Positions 26,864-35,702 of a DNA stretch of 64,000 nt are shown piece after piece (positions within the stretch are counted from its first letter, which is position 1; every line of letters starts with the position of its first letter). The notes beneath the pieces were generated by a model. It did no database searches, was not told the origin of the DNA, and saw only the letters and a list, made by a program, of their open reading frames with translations. The position numbers and the translations under genes were made by a program. Origin of the DNA: a virus; the IMG/VR virus record IMGVR_UViG_3300002460_000021, positions 1 to 64,000 of that record; one strand, written 5' to 3'.

Positions 26864-27859
26864 CTAGCGAGTCACACCAGCCGGGCGCGGCAGAGTAACT
26901 CGCTGGTGCTTGCTGAGCAAGCTTCCGAAGTTATCGCAGATGTCGTCCCACAGGCGAGCGACAATATCAAGGTCCAGGCCTTCGAGCTGCAATTGCGTAA
27001 GGGTCCTGGCAGGCACAACCTGATTATGCAGCCGGCGCATCGTCACCAATACACGATTCCTAACCTGCCGGCCGGCGCGCTGAGCAGGAGCGGAGCGACT
27101 AGCCGACAGAAGCTCGCGCCATACCGCAACGCGCTCCTTACGATCGGCGTCAGACCGGCCCTTCTTGACATCGTTGACAAGGTCGTTGGCGTCGTCAGAC
27201 TTGAGCTTGTGTTGATTAATAAGCGTAGCCACGGCACCGAGCGCGTCCTTGTCGGTCTTAACGAGCTTGGACATGCTGCTCAAAACCGACTTAGAAAAAC
27301 ATCCCTTGATGCCCATTTCCTGGATAGCCTGCGCAGTAGACAGGCGTCCACGATAGGCAGATAGGGCCTTTCCATTCTTGAGCTCGGGGAATTTAGCGAT
27401 GATTTCCTTGGTAAGCGCGCCAAAATTATTGATCATAAAGTTGGCGTTAGCCAGCATCTCGTCACGGGAAAGGCCGGAGCCCTCCCAATTATTGACCACG
27501 CGCGGAATCAATGCTTCGTGATACAGCCCAGAGACTTCGGTAACGTACGCATCGACGGTTTTGGCCCCGTTGCGGATAGCCGCGGCAATACGGTGATTCA
27601 TATCAAGCGGATAGTACTCGTAGCTGCCATTGATGAATCTATTAAGTAGACCCATAGGAAGCATGGCCGCAGGGTGCCGCATAGCCGCCGCCATCAGCTC
27701 AACCTTCTCGTCGTTCAACTTACGATCTGCACGTGCCTGGCGCCGCATTCCCTCCGCACGATCAATAAGTGCAATGGGAATGTCACGAACAATCTTAAAC
27801 TTAACCTCAGCGATGTACTGCAAATTATTCTCGTACGCCGGATCCTTGGACCACTGCAT
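26864..27859 (-). CDS. ParB/Srx-like N-terminal-domain protein
   Basis: IPIALID...QAR...LNDEKV...AAAM...LDMNHRIAAA...G..TVDAYV resembles the ParB DG.HR..A box; helical C-terminus. Confidence 0.6.
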   Translation of the reverse strand: MQWSKDPAYENNLQYIAEVKFKIVRDIPIALIDRAEGMRRQARADRKLNDEKVELMAAAMRHPAAMLPMGLLNRFINGSYEYYPLDMNHRIAAAIRNGAKTVDAYVTEVSGLYHEALIPRVVNNWEGSGLSRDEMLANANFMINNFGALTKEIIAKFPELKNGKALSAYRGRLSTAQAIQEMGIKGCFSKSVLSSMSKLVKTDKDALGAVATLINQHKLKSDDANDLVNDVKKGRSDADRKERVAVWRELLSASRSAPAQRAGRQVRNRVLVTMRRLHNQVVPARTLTQLQLEGLDLDIVARLWDDICDNFGSLLSKHQRVTLPRPAGVTR

Positions 27860-27919
27860 GACTTTGCCTTTCTAATGGTAAAGTACTGAAACACTGTGAG
27901 ACATCAACTGCTGAAAGTA

Positions 27920-27948
27920 ATAGTAGTTAAAAGCTCGTCTCTGTTCAA
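27920..27948 (-). promoter_or_regulatory. sigma70-type promoter for the ParB-like gene
   Basis: TTGAAC-17-TACTAT on the minus strand. Confidence 0.6.
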
Positions 27949-27980
27949 GGGTAGCTGTGAAGATTTTTTTCTGAGATTCT

Positions 27981-28817
27981 CTAGACTAGTTTCTTACTTT
28001 GTCGACAAACTAAACAATGATTTAGAATCTTGGGATCGTGCCAAGAATCTTTATGGCACGAACTACACAGCTTCCAAACATACGTAGTAGGATGAGTTCC
28101 AGCCATGCACTGATCTACGCCAATCGGGCACTGGTGGCAGGGGTGCTGGTAGTTACTAGGGCACGGCGGAACAAGATGCGCACGCGCTTTAAAAATCTTG
28201 CGATTCCACGTTAAATGCTCAGAGCGGACACTAACTTTATCAAACCCAGGCTTACCGTAACGACAATACTCAGCATCTATCTCAACGTCAAAACGTAAAC
28301 TAACCAGCTCTGTCGCATCGACATACGGGGACTTACCCCACGGCGCCGAAAACCCTAACTCACTTCGTGCAAAGTACGAAATAAATCTATTGGACCACGT
28401 CTTGGTTATAATCGCCGGACAGGCGCTACCAGCCATTAGTCTAATACGATACTCTGTTGCCGCGATCCTTTTCTTCTGAGCAAACTGATATGTTTGTTGC
28501 GCCTCAATAACTTGTACCGGGTGCCACTCTGGAACGAGCTGCCCCTGCCAGATACATACCGGATGACCGCGGCGTAACGTATCCAAGTTGCCTGCTAGGC
28601 GCCAAGCTAGCCTATACAGAACCGTCTTATCCAACGTCTGACCAGACAAGCCACACAAAGTCTGAAAAATAGCTGTGTAGGGTATCTCCGGCGGAAGCAT
28701 AGTGGCGACATGATCTGCGAATAAACGAAGGCCGCCTCCGTCTGTTGAGAAGGAGGCGGCCGCAAAGCTAGCCACTAGACGATCCCTGGTTTTTAAAACA
28801 GAGGACACACTGGGCAT
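27981..28817 (-). CDS. Hypothetical protein with Cys-rich C-terminus
   Basis: CHQC, CSSC, CLVC. Confidence 0.6.
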   Translation of the reverse strand: MPSVSSVLKTRDRLVASFAAASFSTDGGGLRLFADHVATMLPPEIPYTAIFQTLCGLSGQTLDKTVLYRLAWRLAGNLDTLRRGHPVCIWQGQLVPEWHPVQVIEAQQTYQFAQKKRIAATEYRIRLMAGSACPAIITKTWSNRFISYFARSELGFSAPWGKSPYVDATELVSLRFDVEIDAEYCRYGKPGFDKVSVRSEHLTWNRKIFKARAHLVPPCPSNYQHPCHQCPIGVDQCMAGTHPTTYVWKLCSSCHKDSWHDPKILNHCLVCRQSKKLV

Positions 28818-28825
28818 ACGCTGTC

Positions 28826-29623
28826 CTATCCCTTAATAGCCGGGTCCTTCCTGTGGCCAGACAATTCCTCGATCTTAGCCCGCAGCCGCGGCAGATCACG
28901 CGTCAGCGCACTAGAAATCTGCTCAATTTGATCAACGACACTAATGGCGGAGGAGATCTTATCCAGTAGCTGTCGCTTCTCAACAGCGTTCATTTGACCA
29001 ATCTCGCCCAGGTACTCATCCTGAAGATGGCTCCAGACCTGGGTATAGTGGTTCTGCCAATACTGGCTCTTTTTGATGATCTGCGTAACACAGCCGGCTA
29101 GATCGTGCGGCTTGGCCACGTGTCGCCCGCGGCCGGGAGCAACAGCATCCTCTCCAGACTTTTGAACAAAGTCGTTAAGCTCTTTAGTCTTCCAGCTCTC
29201 GGCCAGCAGTCGCTCGATAACGAGATTACGCGCGGAAGCATCGGCAATACGCGCCAAGACACGAACATGCGCCCAGTAGATAGGAGAGCCGTCGGCGCAA
29301 CGCCGCGCTAGCAAATTAGTTAGCTCGTCCTCGGTAAAACGCTGATAAATCATCAGGCCTACCGACAGCGTATCTTGTCCCATAACAAAATAAACCTGCA
29401 GTCTTGACAACGTCCTATCACCACACGCCTTCTGTAGCACATCAATCTCACGCCCGAGATTGTACGCGTTCCAGACGTTGGACGAAATATTCTTGGACAT
29501 CAACTTCTGGACGCGACCAAGTCCGGCCAGAAACTCCGGCGAGGCCGCCTCATAGATGCGCTTCTGCTCCGGCGTCATCGTTTCGACATTCCATTCACAT
29601 TCGACGCGCGTCTTAATAGCCAT
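28826..29623 (-). CDS. Putative DNA-binding protein (DUF1016_N/LmbU-like helical motif)
   Basis: IYWAHVRVLA.....R..VI......SWKTKEL. Confidence 0.45.
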   Translation of the reverse strand: MAIKTRVECEWNVETMTPEQKRIYEAASPEFLAGLGRVQKLMSKNISSNVWNAYNLGREIDVLQKACGDRTLSRLQVYFVMGQDTLSVGLMIYQRFTEDELTNLLARRCADGSPIYWAHVRVLARIADASARNLVIERLLAESWKTKELNDFVQKSGEDAVAPGRGRHVAKPHDLAGCVTQIIKKSQYWQNHYTQVWSHLQDEYLGEIGQMNAVEKRQLLDKISSAISVVDQIEQISSALTRDLPRLRAKIEELSGHRKDPAIKG

Positions 29624-29634
29624 AGTGCTGCCCC

Positions 29635-30720
29635 TTAAACAATAGTTGGTAGAATTGCTGACATTAACAGTTTCCATGCCATGCGGCCAATACGTTCTTT
29701 CGCCGTAATTGGCTGCTGCTGCGCATCTGATAGTAACCAGCGTAACACGGCGTATTGAGTCGGATCTTCTGGCGCACTTCTAATAAACTTGCGAGTTAGC
29801 GTATCAGCCGCCGTACCCGCCGCACCGAGTTTGTTCCATAGTAGCTCAAGTTTAGCGGCCGTATTAGAAAATGTAAGTGGAACTAACAGACGATCTGTCT
29901 CAATGCCTAAAGATTGCTTGTCTAATTCAATAAGGCGTTGGCGCAATTCCCGTCTGTCGCACCCTGGCCGCGTTGCTCTCTGTAGTAGCTGCCGCGCACG
30001 AGTATATAGGTTACGCCCCGCATGTAAACAACGTTGCTCCGGCCCCGATTCCAGCAGCATTTCTTCCGTGTTACCGCGAAACAACGTAAACGAGGCCCAC
30101 AGGCTTGAATCACCCGCATCGCTATTAGAGCAGTAACATCCAGCGTAGTAAACTTCTGGCTTAGTAGTGAACGGCTCAGCCAGCTTATAAGAAACACTAA
30201 GGCGCCTACCAAGCACTATCCCACCATTAAACTTCCAGTCGTCGCCGGTAGCACTGAGTATTGTACGAACCAGCTCCATAAACAAATCGTGTGGTACTCG
30301 TTGATAGCTAGGGCCCACTACTCCATCAACACGATTAGCGGGCTTGTTGACAACTAACTGATGGTCGCGTACACACGAATCAAAACGCATAGCGGCTAAA
30401 CGGTTAAAAATCTTAGCCGCCAGAGGCGTGTCCAGAGGCATGCCGGGGTTACGGTCATCAACGACGGATAAGCTGGTCATCAGACTCGCCAGACCGGGGC
30501 AAATCTCAGCGCACAGCTGGGAAAACGCGGCCTGGCTAAAAGTGAGCTCGTTGGGCAGCTTGCCGTCGCTACTTAATGTAATAGCCCCGGCGTTATTAAT
30601 GGCCAGTACTTCTGTGTCATCTTCCAACGAAGCTACCAGCGCATCAAGCCCACTTTCTTGCGCGGCAGTAAATACTAGCGGATCAACCGAAGATGTCCAC
30701 GTTGGCAGAGCCGCACTCAT
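29635..30720 (-). CDS. DUF932-like protein
   Basis: AFSQLC, GVVGPSYQRVPH..F, G.YCSNSDAGDSSL. Confidence 0.45.
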   Translation of the reverse strand: MSAALPTWTSSVDPLVFTAAQESGLDALVASLEDDTEVLAINNAGAITLSSDGKLPNELTFSQAAFSQLCAEICPGLASLMTSLSVVDDRNPGMPLDTPLAAKIFNRLAAMRFDSCVRDHQLVVNKPANRVDGVVGPSYQRVPHDLFMELVRTILSATGDDWKFNGGIVLGRRLSVSYKLAEPFTTKPEVYYAGCYCSNSDAGDSSLWASFTLFRGNTEEMLLESGPEQRCLHAGRNLYTRARQLLQRATRPGCDRRELRQRLIELDKQSLGIETDRLLVPLTFSNTAAKLELLWNKLGAAGTAADTLTRKFIRSAPEDPTQYAVLRWLLSDAQQQPITAKERIGRMAWKLLMSAILPTIV

Positions 30721-30726
30721 TTCATT

Positions 30727-30740
30727 AATATCCGGATATT
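30727..30740. repeat. AATATCCGGATATT palindrome copy 7
   Basis: Exact; overlaps TAA stop 30739-30741. Confidence 0.95.
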
Positions 30741-31332
30741 AGGGCACCCATATGCGCGCCACAGCATCTAAGAAGGATTCGGGTTCATCTAAAATAGGCA
30801 CATTCTCAGGCTGTGTCTTGCTGGCCCTAGCGGTACCAAAACGCTCTAGATGTAACATAGGCAGCGTCCTACCAAGCTGCCAGGTTATTCTAAATCCGCG
30901 CTCAGGGATTAGCGTAGAGTTATGCAGTATCATATCACCTTGGCCGCCCCAAGGTACAACCATACCGAAGCTACCTGAATGTGCTTCCGGCTCTAACTCC
31001 GCAAAATCCTGCAGCGCACTATACAGCCGCGTCTTGTAGAAATTACGATCAAGGTCAGACAACGTCAACTCATGTAGCCGCGGCAACGAACGCGTATGTA
31101 AAAACACCGGGAACTCGGGGAACACCGCATTAAACGAAGTAAAAGTGATGGAGCCATCGCCATAAGCGCGGCTCCACTCACGCAAATCTGCCTCGCATGA
31201 ACGAATGCGGAAACGATCTAAAACACGTCTTACTATGCGCTCTTCGTAGCTAGCTTCTTTCTGCTGCAGCCACTCTTGTTTAGCCAGCTCTTGTTCAGCG
31301 AACGCATTAAACTTTTTTTGAAATTCGTCCAT
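30739..31332 (-). CDS. Hypothetical protein
   Basis: 197 aa ORF. Confidence 0.6.
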   Translation of the reverse strand: MDEFQKKFNAFAEQELAKQEWLQQKEASYEERIVRRVLDRFRIRSCEADLREWSRAYGDGSITFTSFNAVFPEFPVFLHTRSLPRLHELTLSDLDRNFYKTRLYSALQDFAELEPEAHSGSFGMVVPWGGQGDMILHNSTLIPERGFRITWQLGRTLPMLHLERFGTARASKTQPENVPILDEPESFLDAVARIWVP

Positions 31333-31338
31333 GACAGT

Positions 31339-32664
31339 TTAAACCTCGCCGCCAGCATCGAATTCGTCGCGTAGCGACGCAGCATGACTCCACGGAACAC
31401 CGGCGGTAGCCTCTATAATCTCCCCATTGCTATCCAGCGCCGGCACCAGCTGCTTCTGTGCCTCATCTAGCTGCACTCGGTAGTCCATACCTGGTTTAAA
31501 CGTAGCGCGATTGCGAATGCCAAAGAGCTTGTGTAGCTCAGCGCATACATCGTCTCTGGCCTCGATCTTCTCACCGGCCTCATAAAATGAAACCGGGTCG
31601 TCGCGTGAAATGCCGAGGCAGTTAGACCAAACTTTCTTACCCTTCATATTAACCACATGCAGATCAACGATGTTCTGAATCGCATCCTGCATCCACTTAT
31701 CTTTATGAAAGGCCAATAGTAGCTCGATAGTTGCCGCGTTCCAGTTCCATAAAACTCTCTGCCGCATAACGCCAGCCTCATCCGGCTCATCCCACCATAT
31801 GAGACTGGCTCCGATCTTGCGGCGTGACGGCCCCATGGAGTTCTTGCGCAGACATAGCGTCACCTCAATACCTTGATAACTCTTGAGGCGAATATCGCCG
31901 ACAAAAGCCATCTCGAGCTCGTAGGTCGCCTGAAAACGGAGACCAAGACCACCAGGGAGGCGCTTCGCCGCCCGAGGATCTTCACTCTGAGCATCTTTGA
32001 GGTGGTTAATGCCCGCCAACGTGAAGGGGAAGTCGCGAATTTCAGCAGGGAGCACGCGGAACATATCCGTAATCTTCATGGCCTCGATAGGATAACGCCG
32101 GCTGGGCGCCCCATTCTTATTGATATTGGCCCTGGTCTCTTCAGCAGCAACAGCCGTTAGGCTGTCGATGCCAAAGCAGACCGGACGGATACGCCCCGGG
32201 CCCGGGTTCGCTGGAGTGCCGTCGAACGCGCCTTGCGCGATTCTAATGCACTTAAGCAGCGTGCCCATCCAGCCCTCGAGAGAATCGGCCATGATAGAAG
32301 CTACAGCGTCACTATCGCCCACAATAGCATTGCGCAAATCTGGCGAATCCTTCGATTCGGTTTCAACCAAAAATGAATATCCGCCATAGTAGTAATGCCA
32401 CCGAAACAACTCGTATAGCATAGCGCTCTTGCCAGAGCCCTGCTTACCGACAATATCTATAAATCGACCTAGCGGAAACACCGCACTTTGGAATAAATAT
32501 CGCAAACACAAGGCCGGTATTGGCAGCCCGACAATGCGCTGCTCTGCCTCCGTACCGGTATAAACGGCGCCGGCGCCAAATTCTTCACGCGCTTGGTCAA
32601 ACATCGCCTGACGTAGTGAATCAACTTGCCCAATGTCCCAGGTATCTTTCTTACGCCGTCCCAT
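31339..32664 (-). CDS. RecA/UvsX-like recombinase
   Basis: FPLGRFIDIVGKQGSGKS, ETE, IDSLTA, INHL, PGGLGLRFQA, KN. Confidence 0.85.
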   Translation of the reverse strand: MGRRKKDTWDIGQVDSLRQAMFDQAREEFGAGAVYTGTEAEQRIVGLPIPALCLRYLFQSAVFPLGRFIDIVGKQGSGKSAMLYELFRWHYYYGGYSFLVETESKDSPDLRNAIVGDSDAVASIMADSLEGWMGTLLKCIRIAQGAFDGTPANPGPGRIRPVCFGIDSLTAVAAEETRANINKNGAPSRRYPIEAMKITDMFRVLPAEIRDFPFTLAGINHLKDAQSEDPRAAKRLPGGLGLRFQATYELEMAFVGDIRLKSYQGIEVTLCLRKNSMGPSRRKIGASLIWWDEPDEAGVMRQRVLWNWNAATIELLLAFHKDKWMQDAIQNIVDLHVVNMKGKKVWSNCLGISRDDPVSFYEAGEKIEARDDVCAELHKLFGIRNRATFKPGMDYRVQLDEAQKQLVPALDSNGEIIEATAGVPWSHAASLRDEFDAGGEV

Positions 32665-32701
32665 ATACACCCCATCGCGCAAAAATAAACTCAACTAGCA
32701 G

Positions 32702-32738
32702 AAAACAACACCCGGCCGGCTTCCCGCCCGGGTGTTGT
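32702..32738 (-). terminator. Intrinsic terminator-like hairpin
   Basis: ACAACACCCGG...CCGGGTGTTGT with TTTT on the minus strand. Confidence 0.65.
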
Positions 32739-32768
32739 CACAGCGGCCCCTCGCTAACACTACTACAA

Positions 32769-34304
32769 CTAAGCCGGAGGCTTGTGAGCCAATCGACTGC
32801 GGGCCTGCGCCTTGGCAACGGCGGTAGCCAGTGCCTGTTTAGCCGTCTCCAGCGGGTCAGCCGCCGGAACCGCGGCGGACGGCGTAGGTACGGCCGGGCC
32901 GGTTACAAGAGATGCCGGCAGAGGCGCGAACGCCGCGGCAGTAGGCATCTCTGTAACTGGAGGAGCGCCCTGCGCGGGTTCTCCATTCCAGCCGTTATAA
33001 GGATCAAGCCAACTAGACTCAGCTGCCATTACCACAGACGTGTCCGACGCCATAGGAGGAGTCGGCCGCATAGGGGGAGTCGGCCGCGGAACGACCACAG
33101 GCTGGTAAGTCGTCGCCTGTGGGGAAGCGGGGTCGGTAGAGTAGCCCGGTTGCCGCGCGGCCGCCGGAACTTGTACCGCTGGAGTCGAAATCGACGCCAT
33201 CGCGGAATGCACCTCATCCGTAAGCCACCCCGGCCGATCGCTGAAGGCGTAAGCAATAGCCGTCAGCATGGAACGATAACGCTGGCCTAGATCCTTAGCC
33301 TCCAAAACACACCGACAAATACGGTGAGCCTGCTCCACGTCGCTATAAAAGCGGAACAATTTATCCCACGGTTTAACCTTGCTAGCTACTAGCGCCTCAC
33401 GTCCGATCAAGCTAGCATGAATATCGCGCCCGTGAATATTAATAGATGGCGTAAAGAACGCGGCATACTTCGAAAATCCGCCACTATTCTCATTACTATT
33501 GCCACGCCTCTGCCTGCTGCCGCCATAAACGTCATCCGCCATGGCGGACACGGCAACGCGAGGGTCGAACTTGTCAGGAAATAGATGAACGAATGCGCCG
33601 TACTGAATAGACACCGGATCGCCGTTACGGAACCGGGCCGGGTCTTCAGGAGCGCCCTTCCAGTCCTCTTCCTCTTCATCCATAAGCCGCAAAATAGCGT
33701 TACCAGCGGTAGAGGACATAGCGATAATAACGGTCTTATCCTCAGGCCCAGCACCAAATGGAGACTCGCCCCGTTCGAAGGCCGGCTTGTTATCTCGCAC
33801 AAACAAAAACGCCTGCGCAAAATAAGTCATCTTCGGACGAGGGAAGACAGGGCGCACGCCCTGAATAAGAGAGGCCCATCCCTGCTGGTCGGTGCCGTTC
33901 TTGCAAGCCCGTGTAATTGCTTGAACCAACACACCAAAAGGATTATCGGTATCGATGTTATAATTGGGATCGCCCACTTCAGGATGCAGCAGCATAGAGA
34001 TGCCAGTATGGTTGTCATCGACAGAGCCGAAATACCTGGCAGTGTCGTAACGGACCAGCCAGGTATGCGCCTCATCGCCGTACTCGCCCATCAACATACG
34101 CGTCGGCAGAAACTGCCCGGGAACAGCCGGATTAGGGGGCGGCAGCAATCTAAACACGGTTTCGGATGCCTGGTCGTTACTCCAGGAAGGATTCTTAATA
34201 ATAGCGTTTGCATCTGCAGCAACGATATAGTTGCCATACTTGTCGCCAGCACGTGATTCACAGTACGCCTTAGTAGAAACACCAGTGGAACGCATTTGAG
34301 CCAT
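32769..34304 (-). CDS. Putative single-stranded DNA-binding protein (gp32-like)
   Basis: VFRLLPP N-terminal motif, position between polymerase and recA, disordered tail; weak. Confidence 0.4.
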   Translation of the reverse strand: MAQMRSTGVSTKAYCESRAGDKYGNYIVAADANAIIKNPSWSNDQASETVFRLLPPPNPAVPGQFLPTRMLMGEYGDEAHTWLVRYDTARYFGSVDDNHTGISMLLHPEVGDPNYNIDTDNPFGVLVQAITRACKNGTDQQGWASLIQGVRPVFPRPKMTYFAQAFLFVRDNKPAFERGESPFGAGPEDKTVIIAMSSTAGNAILRLMDEEEEDWKGAPEDPARFRNGDPVSIQYGAFVHLFPDKFDPRVAVSAMADDVYGGSRQRRGNSNENSGGFSKYAAFFTPSINIHGRDIHASLIGREALVASKVKPWDKLFRFYSDVEQAHRICRCVLEAKDLGQRYRSMLTAIAYAFSDRPGWLTDEVHSAMASISTPAVQVPAAARQPGYSTDPASPQATTYQPVVVPRPTPPMRPTPPMASDTSVVMAAESSWLDPYNGWNGEPAQGAPPVTEMPTAAAFAPLPASLVTGPAVPTPSAAVPAADPLETAKQALATAVAKAQARSRLAHKPPA

Positions 34305-34331
34305 AAAATTACGGGTAAGAAACCCGCCTCC

Positions 34332-35315
34332 TTAGTTAAAAGCCCACGAATTAAAGGTCAAAAACTGACAATCTTCCACCTTGAAAGATTGTCCCAAACG
34401 TTTACCTTCCATACTATATAGACTAATCCGATTCTTGCTAGTACCACCAACATACACTAAGCCGTGTTTCTTGTGTTTAACTAAGCTACCGCGCTTCAAT
34501 CCAATACTCATCGTACTGCCGTATGTTTTCCTTATACCACCCTTACCCGGACACAGCCTATGAAGTTGTCGTCTATGAAAGTGCAGCGGCCTTAAGTAGA
34601 GTATCTTTTTGTTATCCGGAACCGTATGCTTGCCAACGATATAATTTGCCAACACCCAGCTATCGACGCAGTGCGCATCAAAAGATTCGCTCAGCTTGTT
34701 GCTAGTTTTTTTTAATCCGAAGCTGTCTCGTAATCCCTTAGTTTCCCAGCCTTGTTTTAACGTCAAATTAGATAGTTGTGAATAAAACCACCGTTTACCA
34801 ATTTGAAGAGGACTAAAACTCTTATTCCAGCGCCGGCCGCCTGTCGTCTTAGCCTTTATATCCTCGACAACAATATGTGAAACGGGAAACATTTTCTTCA
34901 ACCAATTAATAATCCTTAACTTCCACTGCCATCGCGCTTTAGTGGATGGCGCCAGGCCGCCTTTCTTACGATTAAATCTTGGCTGACGACAAGGGCACTT
35001 TCTATTTCGCCGTGCGCGGCGCATATTACGCCTTGTTTCCATGGCGTCTTTAACCCAGGTCACGGCATCTGCTTGAATATTCAAAAAAGTGTGAGCTTCA
35101 CTCTTAACAGTAAAGCCTTCTTTTTTACTGCCAGGGTCCACGCCAACTGCAATCGGCTGTTTGTTTTCTTCGGTTTTTATGTTGAGTCGCACACAAAACA
35201 CCCCTTTCTTCCAAAATGGCGTAGCTTTACCAGATGCAATCCACCTCCGTGCCCGCAACAGCGTTGTTGGCATTAGTGGTTGATTATCCAGATTTAGCAC
35301 AGGTACATGGAACAT
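34332..35315 (-). CDS. isrB: IsrB (HNH-less IscB-family RNA-guided nickase)
   Basis: PLMP, RuvC-I GVDPGSK, bridge helix RRNMRRARRNRK, RuvC-II VVEDI, RuvC-III HCVDS; no HNH; ~327 aa. Confidence 0.85.
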   Translation of the reverse strand: MFHVPVLNLDNQPLMPTTLLRARRWIASGKATPFWKKGVFCVRLNIKTEENKQPIAVGVDPGSKKEGFTVKSEAHTFLNIQADAVTWVKDAMETRRNMRRARRNRKCPCRQPRFNRKKGGLAPSTKARWQWKLRIINWLKKMFPVSHIVVEDIKAKTTGGRRWNKSFSPLQIGKRWFYSQLSNLTLKQGWETKGLRDSFGLKKTSNKLSESFDAHCVDSWVLANYIVGKHTVPDNKKILYLRPLHFHRRQLHRLCPGKGGIRKTYGSTMSIGLKRGSLVKHKKHGLVYVGGTSKNRISLYSMEGKRLGQSFKVEDCQFLTFNSWAFN

Positions 35316-35327
35316 AGTAATTAACAA

Positions 35328-35545
35328 GTTTTACGGTAAGTGGGTGCTTGTTAGACCTCCGATATACATCCCTTCGACACTGGCTAACGTAGAGGATACA
35401 GATTAGGGAGGCGTCCGTATCGTACTTATACCTACCACAGTATAGTTAGTTCAGTTGAGGTTCTAGCCTCTTGTCTAATACACTGCTTGCGTTGACTCGT
35501 TACCTAGTGGTTAGGTGGAGCCAAACCCCGGGGCTTGCCTTGAGG
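35328..35545 (-). ncRNA. Putative omega-RNA of IsrB (boundaries approximate)
   Basis: Non-coding region directly upstream of isrB containing GGACGCCTCCCTAATC...CAGTGTCGAAGGGA, resembling IscB/IsrB omega-RNA scaffolds. Confidence 0.65.
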
Positions 35546-35702
35546 TCAGCGATTTCAATAAAACTTAACCAACCTCGACAACGACTAGCTTTCGACCAAG
35601 TTAAACGACTACTGACAAAAATACAACACCTGATTTTTACATGCGCAGCCCTCCATAAATGAAAACTAAGCTACGTAATTATAACACGTTTACAGGCATA
35701 GT

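Noticed and set aside
34332-35327. IscB or Cas9
   Set aside because: No HNH domain, too short and no CRISPR array; fits IsrB.
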